Assembly: GCA_013265495.1 (NCBI GenBank)
Contig: MU058463.1
Coordinates: forward strand, 2,813,523-2,877,522
Origin: Vicugna vicugna
Taxonomy: Eukaryota
Length of the DNA stretch: 64,000 nucleotides
Direction of reading: 5' to 3'
This document shows, in pieces, positions 1-13,034 of this stretch. The translations under genes and the position numbers were made by a program. The number at the start of each line of letters is the position of its first letter. Positions within the stretch are counted from its first letter, which is position 1. The notes beneath the pieces are model-generated. The model worked only from the letters and a program-made list of their open reading frames with translations. It did no database searches and had not been told where the DNA came from.

Positions 1-560
1 CGCTTTGGAGTGCTTCGTCTTGCAGACACTCTGTCTAAGTCGGCTCCACCAGGAGCCTAATGCACTAGCGGGGCCTGATTATTGCGCAGAGCAGAGCGTC
101 GGAGCAGCCGCGGTATTAATAGCACAAGCGGGCAGAATCCTGTTGACTGGGCTGTACGCTGGCTCTGGAAGACAACCTCCCATTCATGTTGACATGTTCT
201 AGGAAAATATTTCCTGATATCCTTTCTACCACCCTCCCCCCTTGCTCCTAGCTGTGCCAATTTCAGCTGTGAGGGCTTTTGTTCTTGTTGATGGAGAGGT
301 GGGATGCCATCATTTCTAAGTGCCCCTGGGAAGTGCTGACTTGGCAACCCTGGAGGCAGAAGAGGTCCTTCCCAGAAGAGGAAGGACCTAAGCAGTGGCC
401 ACAGGAGGGTTCCACATTGACTTGCCAACAGATTTAAAACTTGCTTTTTGAACCGTAATTCTCGACTTTCCGTCTGGGAGTCTGGAGAGGTGATACTGAA
501 GTGGAAGGTATGATGATCCAGCTAGGCGAGGCCACGTTAATTTCTCCAGAACCAGAGAAC
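1..560. promoter_or_regulatory. CpG-enriched non-repetitive segment, putative promoter/enhancer (may be truncated by the window edge)
   Basis: Many CpGs in 1-200 compared with the AT-rich rest. MEF2-like GGTATTAATAGC near 112-123, STAT-type TTCCCAGAA at 369-377, donor-like AAG|GTATGA at 507/508. Function is inferred only. Confidence 0.35.
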
Positions 561-2137
561 AGCCAGCAATGATTATCTTGATGCCTAATTTAAAAGCCTA
601 ATTTAACTATTCCTAGAAACTCTTTAGAAACTGTCTACTCAAACACACAATTGATTTTTGAAAATCCAGTCAGGTTAAGGTCTGACGTTTTAACTTCTTA
701 AAATTAGAGTTGAAATGTATGCTTATAAATTATGGAGATAACTTTAGTGATAAGCAAAAAAATAATAATTTATAAAAAATTCTTTGAGACCTCGCCCTTG
801 GCCCTTTTCACCTCCCATCTGAGGAAGAACGGGGGGGAGCAGTTGAAGTCTATTCAAAATATATTTACAAGAAAATCCTTGAGACAGAGAAGTGAACATG
901 ATAGAATTGTATCTAACCATGTTGAAATACCTTGGAAACTACCTTTTGGAGAATTCTGATTCTTCAGTTTTATTCCAATCTCTCCGGAACTTGAAACAAG
1001 CTTCCAGCTAGGAATAATAGTATTAAATTCAAAGTATAAACAATTATTAGAAATATATAGGCTTAGAAACCATTAAATTTGTTCCATAAACAGGTTTATT
1101 ACTTTTCTGCATTCTTGCATGAAAATTTGTCTTCTACCAATTTGACATATAATAGCCAGGATTAGATTTATTAACCTTATCAATACCATTATTTTGCACT
1201 GTCAGGTATTCCGAATATTATCTGGGTAGCAGGAATGATTCCTCAAAACCTGACTCTCCCCTCCCCCGCCCACCAACTCACCAATGTTGAGCAATTATTT
1301 TGTTTGTGGAAAAATAAGCTTAGTCTTATATCAAAGGTCGTGCTGCACCTACAGTGATTTAGAATTCAAATGTGGCTAATTTATAAAACGACCACATATC
1401 ACTGTTCACAGCAGGAATCAGGTACTGAAAGCAAACTCCACTCGGAACACAGTTTCTCGGGCCATTTGCTTTCAGAAAAATCTCTGGCTAATGCTAAAGG
1501 ATCTTTTCTTTCTTCCAGGCGTCACGTATTTTGATTTCATGTCGGACTAACCCAGACCTGGCCAGAGCACAGCCGCCTGTATTTCTGTTGGCTGAGAGGG
1601 CTCTTAGCAACTGACAAGGAGTGTACTTTATGAGAACTCCAGATTTTTCACCCAGTAAATCTACAAGAATAGCAAACCAGGCCCAGGAGACACTGATCGG
1701 AAAGCAAGAGTTGGAGAGAGAAAGAGTGTGTGCATATAACCAGGTTTAGGGTGCTTCTCTCTGACATGAGTCAACGATGAGTTTTGCAGTTGGTTCTAAA
1801 CAAAGTGGAAGGTGCAGTACATACTCAAAGAAGAAAACTGAGAGTTTTCCAAAAGAATTTTATTTTAACAGAGATTCATAACCAGAGGAACTGATGGGGA
1901 AGAGGAAGGTAGAGGAGGAGGCTGGAAACAAGAGATGGTGGGAGAATTAGGGGACATAGCTCTGGGACTTTGAACAAATCACATTTTGCAGACCTCTGGG
2001 TGCTTGCCTAGAAAGCAGGGGTAATGATAACTGCCTTAAAGGTTTCACAAGGAGCAAGAAGGAAAATCTGCAAAAATGTTTGGTAAACAAGAAATCACTC
2101 TGAATTATCACTGTCATAAGCCTCTTTTCCTTCCTCT

Positions 2138-2787
2138 TGAAACTGAGCAGGACCCTGAGAGGACTTCCCCAGGGACAGACTCCCTCCACATCCTCCACCT
2201 CTCATTTGTAGGAAAGCTTTAACCTCCTAGGCCTTCCCTGAGTTCCAAAGAGCAAATTTAATCAAAGAAGTGAGAAAACACAGAAACAAAGGAGACAGTC
2301 AAGCAAGACAAAGTAATAAGAGTTTAGCCAAAAAACAAAGGCTAGGATCTTTTGTTTCTTCCTCAGGAGCTGTAGATAATATCCAGAGCCATGTCCTTGA
2401 GTTGTTTTGCAGATACTAAAACCACCACCAGGTGGAAAAAGTTAAGTGCATGCTGAACGCAAGCACGTAGATGCCAGACTAGTTGGAACCAGAAGGTTGA
2501 TGATTGAGATTCCAAAAGCAGCATCCTGTTAGCTCATCATCAACCAACCAATCAGAAAGTTGAGCACAAGCTGATCACACACCCCTGTCCTCTCTCTCAC
2601 ACACTGTCTTTAAAAACGCTTCCTTAAAAGCCACTGGGGAGTTTGGATTTTTTGAGCATGAGCTTCCCGTTCTCCTTGCTTGGTGCCCTGCAATAAATGC
2701 TGTACTTTCCTTCACCACAACCTGGTGTCAGCATATTGGCTTTGCTTAGGGCCAGGGGCCAGTGGACTCATGTTTGGTTTGGTAACA
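2138..2787 (+). mobile_element. ERV1-class solo LTR
   Basis: TG...CA termini, 4-bp TSD CTCT on both sides (2134-2137, 2788-2791), AATAAA at 2692-2697. Confidence 0.85.
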
Positions 2788-3799
2788 CTCTTCTTATAAA
2801 TTTGCCTCTTTTTCTTGGTTCTTTCTTCTCAGGTGGGTTTTTTTCCCCAGAGAAATGAATTGACATATTCTATGCCTGCCTTGATACCTGTTTCTTCATT
2901 TTCTAAATTAGCACCTGAGTGACAGTTTTCTCATTGGGTCCATTACCTATCTAGTGCCAGACACACAGCCTCCCATATCTGAACTAGTTCACACATATAA
3001 TTCCATCTTACTGAATGTGCTAAAAAGAAATTACCTGCTGTATTCACATTCACTCTCACACACAAGTTTGGAACCCAGCATTTCCCTAAAGAATAAGAAA
3101 GAGGAAGAAAAGGAGAAAGACAAGGATGAGAGGAAAGAGAAGGGAAGAGAAGGCAAAAACAGTTTGTAAGATTGCACCCTGGATGTTAATGTTATTGGAA
3201 TGAATAGACTGATTAATCAAGAAGAGTGATCCACACAAATGTACAGGGTTGAAATTGAACTTTCAGCCTCAAAAAACACAGGAACCAGGGCAGCAAGCAG
3301 ACATCTTGGTGAAGAGTACACAGACCATCTCCTGCAGAAGCTGGTGTCAAAACTATTCTGCTCCAATCACCTTTTCTTATATATTACTCTGTTCAAGATA
3401 AAAAAAAAATCCCCCAAAAGTGTAGTAAGACCTACTTTGGGACATAGACTTGTCCCTGGACCAAGGGGCAGGAATGGGAGGTGGGGGAACAGGACAATAT
3501 GATTTACATTTCTGCCAAGACCAACAGAGAATGGTGTGAGGGTGAGTAGTTCCGTAAAGGAGAAGAGGTGCTATTATCAAAAGAGAGGAAGAAAGAGAGA
3601 GAGAGAATATAAGAGAACAGATGCTGGGCTACCAAAACCCCCTAATTTTTACTTTGCCACACAAAAGACTTTCACCTCTGAACTCAATTTAGTGGTCTCT
3701 GTTTCCTTCAAAAAAATAAACACATTTATTTATTTCCCAATTCACTCCAATTATAATCTAACATCTGCAAAATGCACTGGACCCATTTATGTTGTTCTG

Positions 3800-4050
3800 A
3801 CTTATGCCTAAAATTGCATTAGCCTTTTGGCAGCCAATTCATTATTTGTTTATACGAGGGCAAAGTCAGCTGAAGTCCCTAGGTCTTTTTCCTATGAATT
3901 CTATTTAGGCCAGTTCTTGTTGGTGTCCTAATACATGCACAATGATTTTTTTAACTTAAATGTAGAATTTTACATTTATCTCTATTAAGTGACATCATTA
4001 GTTTCAGTCCACCAGGACTTTTCAAAATCCTAATCCCATCACCCAATAAT
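3800..4050 (-). mobile_element. L3/CR1 LINE fragment
   Basis: Resembles the CR1/L3 motif (...aaatgtagaattttacatttatctctattaa...ttagtttcagtcc). Confidence 0.55.
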
Positions 4051-4096
4051 TTGACAAGTGTGGAGTTGTGGTATGCAGATGTGTCAGCTTCTGTAT

Positions 4097-4310
4097 AGAG
4101 TGGTGGCTAAGAGAGGGCTGGCGAGGCAGACTAGCTCCATTTGCATCTATACTTCTCCACTTATTAGCTGTGAAAACTCAGGCAAGTTTCTTAATCCTTC
4201 TGTGCCTCAGTTTTCTCATCTGCAAATTAGGGATGATAGTACCTTTTTATTTTTAAGATCCAATGAGTTAATTCATGTAAAAAGCTAAGCCCATGATTCA
4301 TGCTCAGTTA
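4097..4310 (+). mobile_element. MIR SINE
   Basis: Core ggcaagtttcttaatccttctgtgcctcagttttctcatctgcaaa. Confidence 0.85.
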
Positions 4311-4609
4311 TTCTTAATTAATATAATTGTCTGGGTACATCTAAACCAGTGAGGAAGATGCATAGATTAGAATCCTGTAGAGACTTGCTTACATATGGAA
4401 TATTCTTTGCATAACACTTGAAATTATTGAAATATCATCTTCTGCTTTGTCAACCCAAATCTAAAAACAACATTCATATTTAACCATGTTTCCCTATCAC
4501 ATTTTTAAAAGGATGCCAGTCTCTGTACCTACTTCCATTGTATCCAGCATAGACTCTCCGAAGTCTGCTTGAGGACAGTTTCAAGTCTCTGCTACAATCC
4601 TCACCCTTT

Positions 4610-4746
4610 AACTCTTAGCTGAGTGCTTATAGGCTGGTCCTTTCACCTCTCTGCATCTCATTTGCCTTATTTGGGAAAAAAAATAGAATGGTTGGATCAG
4701 ACTTGATTTTCTTTAAAGTCCAGCTTACTTACTAAATCCTCTGTGA
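4610..4746 (+). mobile_element. MIR/MIR3 fragment
   Basis: Degenerate core ttcacctctctgcatctcattt and MIR3-like tail. Confidence 0.5.
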
Positions 4747-4948
4747 AACTCCTTTATGTCTAAACCTAGTCCACGATACTCTGAAATTCCCTGGGCTGTG
4801 TATCCTGTATCCCAGCACTATTCTGTCTGGTGTTCCATGGGGTTTTGCCATTATCTGTGTCACCTGTGTGGGCCACTGGGCCTCATCTGGTCATTATGAC
4901 TGAGTGATTCTCATCAAGGAATTTGTATTGTCCCCACAGCACTTTCAA

Positions 4949-5101
4949 CAGCGGTGTGAGAGAAACCCTCGTGTGGGAATCAGATCCTTAAACCCTGCTC
5001 CAGACTTGCTGAATCAGTATTTCTGGGGTTGGGGCTGAGAAATGGGTAATTTAATAAGCTCCCAGGCAATTCTTATGCACACCTAAGTCTGAGCACCACT
5101 G
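4949..5101. mobile_element. MER5A hAT-Charlie MITE
   Basis: ccagacttgctgaatcag...aagctcccaggcaattcttatgcacac...gagcaccactg terminus. Confidence 0.75.
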
Positions 5102-6669
5102 AGCAGCAGCAGGCTACATACTCCACAGGGAGTTCCCAAACGCTAGTTGGATGAATTCATCTTCTGCATGTGAAAAGGAAGGCCGCCTGATATGTTGTGG
5201 AGAATTGAACCTGGTCCCGTTCCTTTGTGTCCGCTTGCTCAGAGCCACGCCAAGTGGATAACGCACGAGTGCCCACTCACTCCATCAGATGCTGCCTCTG
5301 TGGTCTCTTGGGCAGAGGCACTCAAACCATAGAAGCTACTCTCAGAAATTAGCATGGGAAAACACTTTCCAAAATAGCCAGCAATGAACCTCCCCATCGG
5401 GGATTTCCTAAGTCACTCCTGCTTGAGAAGATAGATTCTCTTTTACCCTCTGGCTCCTGACAATCCATTAGAGACCCCACAACTAAAGCAAGGCCATTCT
5501 CCCAAAACCTCAGCCAAAGCACTCTCAGGGTGCCACACGAGTGAGTCACCAGCATGCTGTGCAGGGAAGAGAGCAGCCCAGGGGACAATGAAGGGACTAA
5601 AGGACGAGGCCCCTCTGGGGAGAGCTGGTGGTCCCGGTGAAGAAGCAGAGGTGACTTTCCAACAGCCTCTGCTAAAACTGAGTTCTACACCAGCTCTCAT
5701 TTCCCCGACTCTGATCAACTGCATCCTCCTTTTAAAATCAACACTCGAATAGCATGAAAGGATGCTAAGTGTGCTAAGTAATTGCTTTCAAGTGCTACAA
5801 ATGCTAAGGGCCACTGTACTTTGCAGCCAGTCTGGGGAAGGATGTCATTATTTTCAGAGCTGTCAAAGGGGTATTCCCATTCACACTGGATTCCATTTAA
5901 AAATTAGTCAGATATTGTGAGCTTCTCCAAGGGGTAAGAGCAGAAAGAATATTTATTATTAATCCCTTCTTAATTCAGTCTTCTCCTTGCCTAAGGTTAA
6001 TAAGTCTGGGTTGGAAGAATGAAAGAAACCTGAACTCAGGACACCACCTTTCATTAAAAAAAACAAAAATCCTGTTGGTTAATATTTACCAATACCCTCA
6101 AGTTCTTGAATGCCTTTTCTACAGGCAAACTGTTCTCTTTCCTTCTCACATGCTATTTCTTTGCTGGCATGCAGCCATGCCACTGCAGGGGAAAAGGGAG
6201 ATTTTGTTAAAACGTTTGCCTAATGGAGCTTTGACTCTATATTGTTGATTGGTGTAGAGAATGGAAATAATTGGTGGAATTGCCTGGTCTTAATTATTAA
6301 TTACAGTTTTATAAAAATATTTTGTTTTATTGCTTTCAAGTAGATGCAATAGCTATATTTAACGCTTAGACGTACTTTAATGAATAGATGTTAGATTTTC
6401 ATCATACCTCCCTTTCTTCTAAAAGCTGTTTGTCTTCTTAAAAGAGTTTTAAATGGTCCTCTCTGATCCTGTCTATGCTATCAACTTTCTCATCAAACAC
6501 CTCATTCATTGTTAATATAAAGAGAGATTTGACCCCATGTATGATTATCAAAAGTTCTAAATAATTGGAGGGAAATATTGGAGATTTCTAAGAACTTAAC
6601 ATCTATCTACAAAAATAAATATTATCACAACAAAGTATTAGGGAAAATATATCTGAAGATTTAGACTTA

Positions 6670-6810
6670 TGGATCATAAATGCTCAGAGATAGAAACTTA
6701 GGAATCCGCTAAATTATCTAGGGTCCTTCACAAATGAGAAAGGACAGCTCAGAGAGGTGAATCTAAATGTACAAAGTGTACTAATCAGGTTCCGAGGGCC
6801 CAAGTCCCAG
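6670..6810 (-). mobile_element. MIR-family fragment
   Basis: acaaatgagaaaggacagctcagagaggtgaa is the reverse MIR core. Confidence 0.5.
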
Positions 6811-6829
6811 CAGAAACTAAGGGGATGTG

Positions 6830-7220
6830 TTTCTCAGCATAAAAAGGAATAAATTCCCAGTGAGACCAACTGCAGGTGATCAAATATGGATGAGCCAGCT
6901 CTGCTTCTCTCTGGGGCTCCTCAGGTCTGCCTTCTCTGTGTGGCAAAGACAAAGACCGGCAGTGATCAGACTGGATTATCCTTCCATTCATAATTCCTGA
7001 GAGGTCCAGCAAGTGCCTCTTTCCTGATAGGTCCAGTCCCCTAACTGGCCTGGCTTGGTCAGGTATGCATCGTTGAGTCAATAACTGTGGCCAGGGAAGT
7101 CAGCTAGGAACTCATGTGCCATAGGTTTACAACCCAAGCAGGTGTTGGGGTAGGGATGGGGATGGAGGACAACTTCCGAAAGGAAACCACGCTGTGCAGG
7201 CGAACGATAGCACCCACCAC
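6830..7220 (-). mobile_element. old MaLR LTR (MLT1J/K-like) fragment
   Basis: actggcctggcttggtcaggtatgcat...tcaataactgtggccaggg resembles the MLT1J/K motif. Confidence 0.45.
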
Positions 7221-8738
7221 CCATGTCACATGGTTAGCCAGTCAAGACAAAACCAAGAATACAGCCAGAGTTCCTGAACCCTTGTCTGGTGTTTCCTTTC
7301 TTATAAGTAGCTTTGGATTTGCTTTGCTTTATTTTTAAAGCCCATTTGATTACTATTTATTTTGGCAAATGTTAGAGATAGGGAGATGGGTAAATCTTAA
7401 TAATATCATCACGTGTCTGGCCATACTTCTTATTTTCATTTCAAAAGAGTCAACCCATCTCTTTCTCTGAGCCCTGCAGACATAGATGCTCCTTTGAGGA
7501 TGGAATTCCTCATGGGAGAGATGTTCAAGAGAAGGGTCTTAATGTCTGTTTTTCCAGTTGCCAAACATATGGTCCAACATGTGGCCAAAGAAGGGCTTAG
7601 GGTGTCTGGTTCCCTGCCTGGGGTCTGCTGTCTAACGTGGGGGAAACACTGACATATGTCCCCAGTGACCCAAACCCCTAGAACCTTTTAACTCTTCTTC
7701 CAAGAGCCTCTGATACAAGAGTCTACATTTGCCCTAAGTGGGGCCGGTTTGAAAAGGGCCACCTCCGTGATCTTGCTCGCCTTCCCTGAGGCTGGCACGT
7801 GGTCTCTGCAGTACGAGTCAAGGGACTAAGTGCACTCCGCCAGCCTCTCTCCCTTTTCTATCAAATGGAAGTGGTGTTATAATATTGATATGATCAAGAC
7901 TAATGAGCCATTAATTCTAATTCAAAAAAATGAAGTAACTGAACATGATCTTTTACGCGCATTGATCTGAGATGCCAGATGAAGGCAAGGTTACATTTCC
8001 TCTTGGAAAGATGCCCGCTCTTCACAAGCAATTTTAAAATGTTCCCACTATGGCTGTGCTCTTCTGCATGCCAAAAATAAATCTCGTAGAAGGAGACGAG
8101 CACAATGTCTGAGGAGAAAATGCGCCCGCCGTTTAGCATTTCTTCAGCTTCCTCCTCCTTCCTACAAGGGTCGGGCCTGATGGCAGGTGACTCTGAGGGT
8201 CATCACAATGTGCTTGGGTGAAACCCTGATTTTTTAATGAATGTAACTATATGCAAAGGTCAAAAAAATGTGTACATCTGTTATCTCTTCCGCCATCCAC
8301 ACACTGTCGAACATCGAGAGAACTGAGTTTTAATTAGGGGCCATAGGTACCATTTGGGGGCTAACTTCCCATGCATGTGACTTAGGATGGCGCTGAAAAC
8401 AAAGCCATTTTATTCCACCACGTTGAAGAGATAACTGACTATGCCGACTTGAGGCTGCAAAAAAGACTTGGGATATGTTGGGGGTATATTTTTCATAAAA
8501 CACTTTGTCCTTCCTTTGAAGGAACTGTTATTCAAAACCATCCTATTTTCTTACCAAAAAAAAAAAAAGGAAAAGAAAATATAGGGTATAAATTGGTTCT
8601 AGTGACTAAGACAAGTAGACTGCTGAAAGCTAATCCTATAAAAATTATTTTAAATGACAATCACATTCTGGCCTCCTGGGTTCTTTGATCAAACTACCCT
8701 TTGCACGTACTTGGAGTAGCTGTTTTGAGTGTGTATGC

Positions 8739-9115
8739 TGTTTTGAACTGAACTGTGTCTGCCCCAAATTCTTATGTTGAAGTCCTAACCTCCAGTACCT
8801 CAGAATGTGGCTGGTTTTGGAGATAGGGTCTTTTAAAGAGGTAATAATGAGTTAAAATGAAGTCATTAGGGTAAGAGCTAATCCACTTTGACTGGTGTCC
8901 TTACAGGAAGAGGAGATTTAGACAGGGACATGCACAGAGAGAAGGCCATGTGAGGACACAGGGAGAAGGTGACCAGCTACAAGCCAAGGAGAGAGACCTG
9001 AGAAGAAATCAGCCCTGCAGACACCTGGACTTCTAGCCTGCAGAACTGTGGGGAAATAAACTTCTGTTATTTAAACCACCCAGTACTTTGTTATGGCAGC
9101 CTAGCAAACTGAGTC
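8739..9115 (+). mobile_element. MLT1B-like MaLR solo LTR
   Basis: tatgttgaagtcctaacctccagtacctcagaatgtg...ccatgtgaggacacagggagaagg...ttgttatggcagcctagcaaactga. Confidence 0.9.
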
Positions 9116-9417
9116 CTACCCAACAGAACTTTAATAGGACCCTAAATCTCTTACTGATATCCTTAGTATGTGAGTAAAACATTTTAAAACAAAAAAAAAT
9201 TAATTGTATCAAGAATACTCTGATTAGAATTATCCCAAAGAGTGGGGAATCTAGTCTTCTGATGTCAGCTCTACTTTTAAGGAAAAAAGTCTTTTAAAAC
9301 ATCCAACAGAAGTGAATCACCAATGAATATTTGAAAGAAGATTTTTAAAAACCAAAGTATGTCAGTAATTTGGTTCTCTACTAGAAACTTATGTTGGGAG
9401 GTGGAGGGGTGATATAA

Positions 9418-10093
9418 TGAAAGCAAAATATTCTCCCAACTCAGAAATCCTCTCTACGAAGGTAGTAGAGAAAGAAAACACTTTTATTACTAAGTATTAA
9501 ACTAGAACTTGATGTGCATCACAGGCAATCTGCTAAGAGATGAAAAGACAGAAGGAAATGTTCCCCCTTTCTGTAGCCAAGCAGATGTAACCCATTACAC
9601 ACGTGTTCCCAAGATAAGCCATATCTCGTCCACAAGTCAGAGGACTTGACAGCACCACCGTCACACATAAATGATCCTAACTTTACCTGGTAATGGGGGT
9701 GACCGTCTGTGTTAGCTAAGGGGCTTTATCCAGAGGGAAAATCACTTCTTAATGGCAGAAGGTAGTTGTTCAAGTTCAAGCAGAGTGCCTACTGGAAATG
9801 AGGCTCCATCCTCCCATGGAAACTGGGAGATGGGGTGTGAGCTCTCTTGATGTTTACATTTCAAAGATACGGCTCTCCAGTCCTTGAGGACGATATTCCC
9901 AGGTGAGAAAGCTGACAAAATGCCAATCTAGTCTTCAAAAGGATTGATATCCATTTCAAAGAGGGGAAAAAGTCCATACAATTATAAGTTTTCCCCAGTA
10001 AGGGCTCACAGAAAAAAGAGGGGAGGGAAATCTTTCCCCTTATTTTCAACAGGGAGAGTTAAGCTTCTTATTTTTAATTCGTATTTGTCCTCA
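9418..10093 (-). mobile_element. ERV1-class solo LTR (subfamily uncertain)
   Basis: TG...CA ends. Minus-strand AATAAA near 9483. Minus-strand start tgaggacaaatacgaattaaaaataagaagcttaactctccctgttgaaaataag is typical of old ERV1 LTRs. No clear TSD. Confidence 0.7.
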
Positions 10094-10689
10094 CGTTATC
10101 ATTTGAGAGTTAAAAACAAAAGAGTTCCCAGAAAGCACAATTTTTAATGAATAGACATATTCAAACCCTTAATTTAAAAATTCCCCATGGGTGTGGCTGT
10201 CATCTTCCAAGCCTAAAGAAAGCTTGGATTTCGGGATTCCCTAATTGAAAGGGCCAAGAAACCAGCTTCAAAGCCGAAGAAGACATATTACAGCAGAAGC
10301 ACTTTTCCTCCTACATTTTAATTCAAAATGTTTCGTGAACAACACAGTAGCAGAGACATACTGGCTCCATTTAATATTGTATGTATATCTTATTCAGTCA
10401 AGTGATTCCTTCCGAATTCATGGATGGGTCCCAATCACTTCTGATCATTTTTTAATCCCAGTATTAGTGATTCATGCAGGCTTGGGAATCAGGGAATCCT
10501 GTCATCTGATAGTAAACCTCGAGATGGGCTCAAGAACAATGGATGAAATCAAACCAAATAGCCTGGAGGAAAGGATGGGCTCACAAGGCAGAAACTCTAG
10601 GCGTCTTCCTTGACACAGTCTAGGAAGCAGGGTTCATGAACAACACATGGTGAGGTTTCTTTTGGAAGCCAGTGGAAAGGCAGCTGAGG

Positions 10690-10900
10690 CAGCATGGAGC
10701 TTTAATGCAGCCCTGGGATTAGGTGTGCCTCAGCTCCAACCTGACCCCAGACAGTGCGGTGCTGGAAAGGCTCTTGACCTCTCTGAGCTTTGATCTGCAT
10801 CTCTCAGTGAAGCCAGCAATACTATCTTGGAGAATTGGTGTGGGAGTCAGAGTATATTCAGAAAACAACTGAGCACAGGCCTTGCCACCAAGTAGCAGCA
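10690..10900 (+). mobile_element. MIR SINE
   Basis: cttgacctctctgagcttt core and gagcacaggccttgccaccaagtag tail. Confidence 0.6.
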
Positions 10901-10904
10901 TACG

Positions 10905-11070
10905 TTTCAGAACTGGGACTCAGGCTCTGCCGTTAATTCGTTATGGGGCCAGGTCAGTCATTTCAATGTGAAGTTTACGTCCTACCTCACAGAGCTGCCG
11001 TGAAGATGATACTGGATAATGCAGGTGAAAAGCACTTGGCAAACTGCCTGTAATAAATACTTGTTGATTA
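10905..11070 (+). mobile_element. MIR SINE fragment
   Basis: cctacctcacagagctgccgtgaagat...gataatgcaggtgaaaagcacttggcaaactg. Confidence 0.65.
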
Positions 11071-12097
11071 ATCCCTGCCTCATAGCAAGCACTTTGACAA
11101 AGCATAAGACCTCTGTGGGATTCTGGAAGGAAATTAACACACTTAGGGAGGAGAGGTGACAGTTGATATTTTAATCTCCCTCCAACCAAGTCTTCATTTC
11201 AACCAAGTCAACAGTGCATTCTCCGCAGAACTCAAAACACAGTTATTCAAGGACTGTGGAGATGAACACCCCAGTGTTCATCAGACCTAATTAATTTTTG
11301 CATTATTATTTTTTAAATATTTTATGTCTTTTCAATACAAATTGATACAATAAAAACCAAACAAGCGTACGGCATGTCGCATTATTATTTTATCAGGTCT
11401 CACATTTTGGCATTAAATAATGATATAAATCAACTAGAAAACAGCTTGAAAACACCAGTAAAGACAAATATTATCTTAACTTTCTCTATTGTTCTCTTAC
11501 AGTGCCTCGTGTTAGAAAAAGTGAGGAAGAAAAGAAAAACACCTCTTAAAATGATCCCGACCATAACTATTTAAATTTTGATGTTGTTCATGCTGAACAA
11601 CAACAACAACATCTAGAATAAGGAAAAAGCAACGCTGCCTTCAGTAGTGCTGCAGAAATAAACAGTCCTGATAGCAGCAATGCACCACATGATACAGAGA
11701 GAAATAAACTTGATAAAGAATCAGAAAATAAAAGTCCCTCAAGAAACCTTTTCATAGAGTACATATAAACAGGAATTCTAGAGGAGTTAGAAATCTTCTT
11801 TTATTTAATCCCAGGCTGACTATTCTCAGAACTGTCATGGATGCAAAAGAACAAATACTTTTTCTATTATAATAGCAGCCACAGAATAAAATAGTCCAAA
11901 CATACTAAATATTGCAGCTAGTCATTTCAAAATATGATATTAAGATAGCGTGTCTCTAATTCTTGCAAAAAAGCTTCTGACACAACAAAACCTAGTTATA
12001 AAAAAACTAAGTTCATTCAGGGATTTTAGAGGGAAAAAAACCACTTGGTCATTTTCCAATAATTTACAGAAAGAATTGAAATGATTTCTGTTAAAAA

Positions 12098-12122
12098 TAC
12101 ACACGCACACACACACACACAC
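12098..12122. repeat. (CA)n microsatellite
   Basis: acacacgcacacacacacacaca seen directly. Confidence 0.9.
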
Positions 12123-12980
12123 CATTCTACTTCTTATTCTTTAGTGTTGGAGCTCTGGAGGGAGCGGAGAGGAGGGAGTGCCAGGACCCTTGGGGGAACT
12201 GAGTGGGGGTGGTCGAAATCTATATGATTGAAGAGGCTCCCAGTTCCCTGTGTGGATTCTCAGAGCACCCAAATACTGAGAGCTTTGATTAAGTTTCTAC
12301 TTTTCAAAGAAAAAAAAAAAACCCAACTTATTGGTAAGGTCCTAATTTTCACCTACATAATTCTTGGTTCTAATTTATTGCTAATTTAATTGCTTTAGCC
12401 TAGTTAATTATTTAACTTAGGCTTTGGAAGGTTCCACATTAAAGAATGACCGCCACCGTCTTCCAATAAAAATCGGTGTGCCTGGGCTGGAGTGCGGCGG
12501 TGGGGAGTGGGAGGCCTGAATCAGGGTGAGCTGAATTCCTGGGCAAACATCTCAAGAACAGAAGACGAAAGACAGTGAATCCCAGCATCTGGCTGTCTTG
12601 AAACAGAAAGGGAATATCAAGGCAAGAGCGAGGGTGAAACAGAAAGTGAGGTAGACCAGTTAGATGGGATAGTCCAGTCTGTGCTTAGCTAATGTAATTA
12701 TGACTGAAGGAAGTTTCTCTACCTCCTTTTTTCTCCCCCAACCAACTCTTGCACCTCCAAAACACCAGCATTTCCTAAGAATAGGACCAAATCATCTAAG
12801 TTCTAAAAGACAATCTCTATTTAATAAAATGACTTATACCAGTTCAGTCATATAAACAGACAGAAAGAAAGGGAAACGATCAAAGGTAGTTATACCTGAA
12901 GGTCGAAAAACAAAGATGACACAGCCTAACATTCAGAAAACATCATCGAGGGTCTATTATGTACTTCCTTTAGAAAAAAA

Positions 12981-13034
12981 TCTCATACAAGTGGACTCGC
13001 ATGGTTGAAACCTGTGTAGTTCGGGGGTCAACTG
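12981..13034. mobile_element. TcMar-Tigger (Tigger2-like) terminal fragment
   Basis: aagtggactcgcatggttgaaacctgtgtagttcgggggtcaactg followed by TA. Confidence 0.6.

Noticed and set aside
57..428. 123-aa minus-strand ORF
   Set aside because: Non-ATG start and no recognisable protein; more plausibly regulatory sequence.
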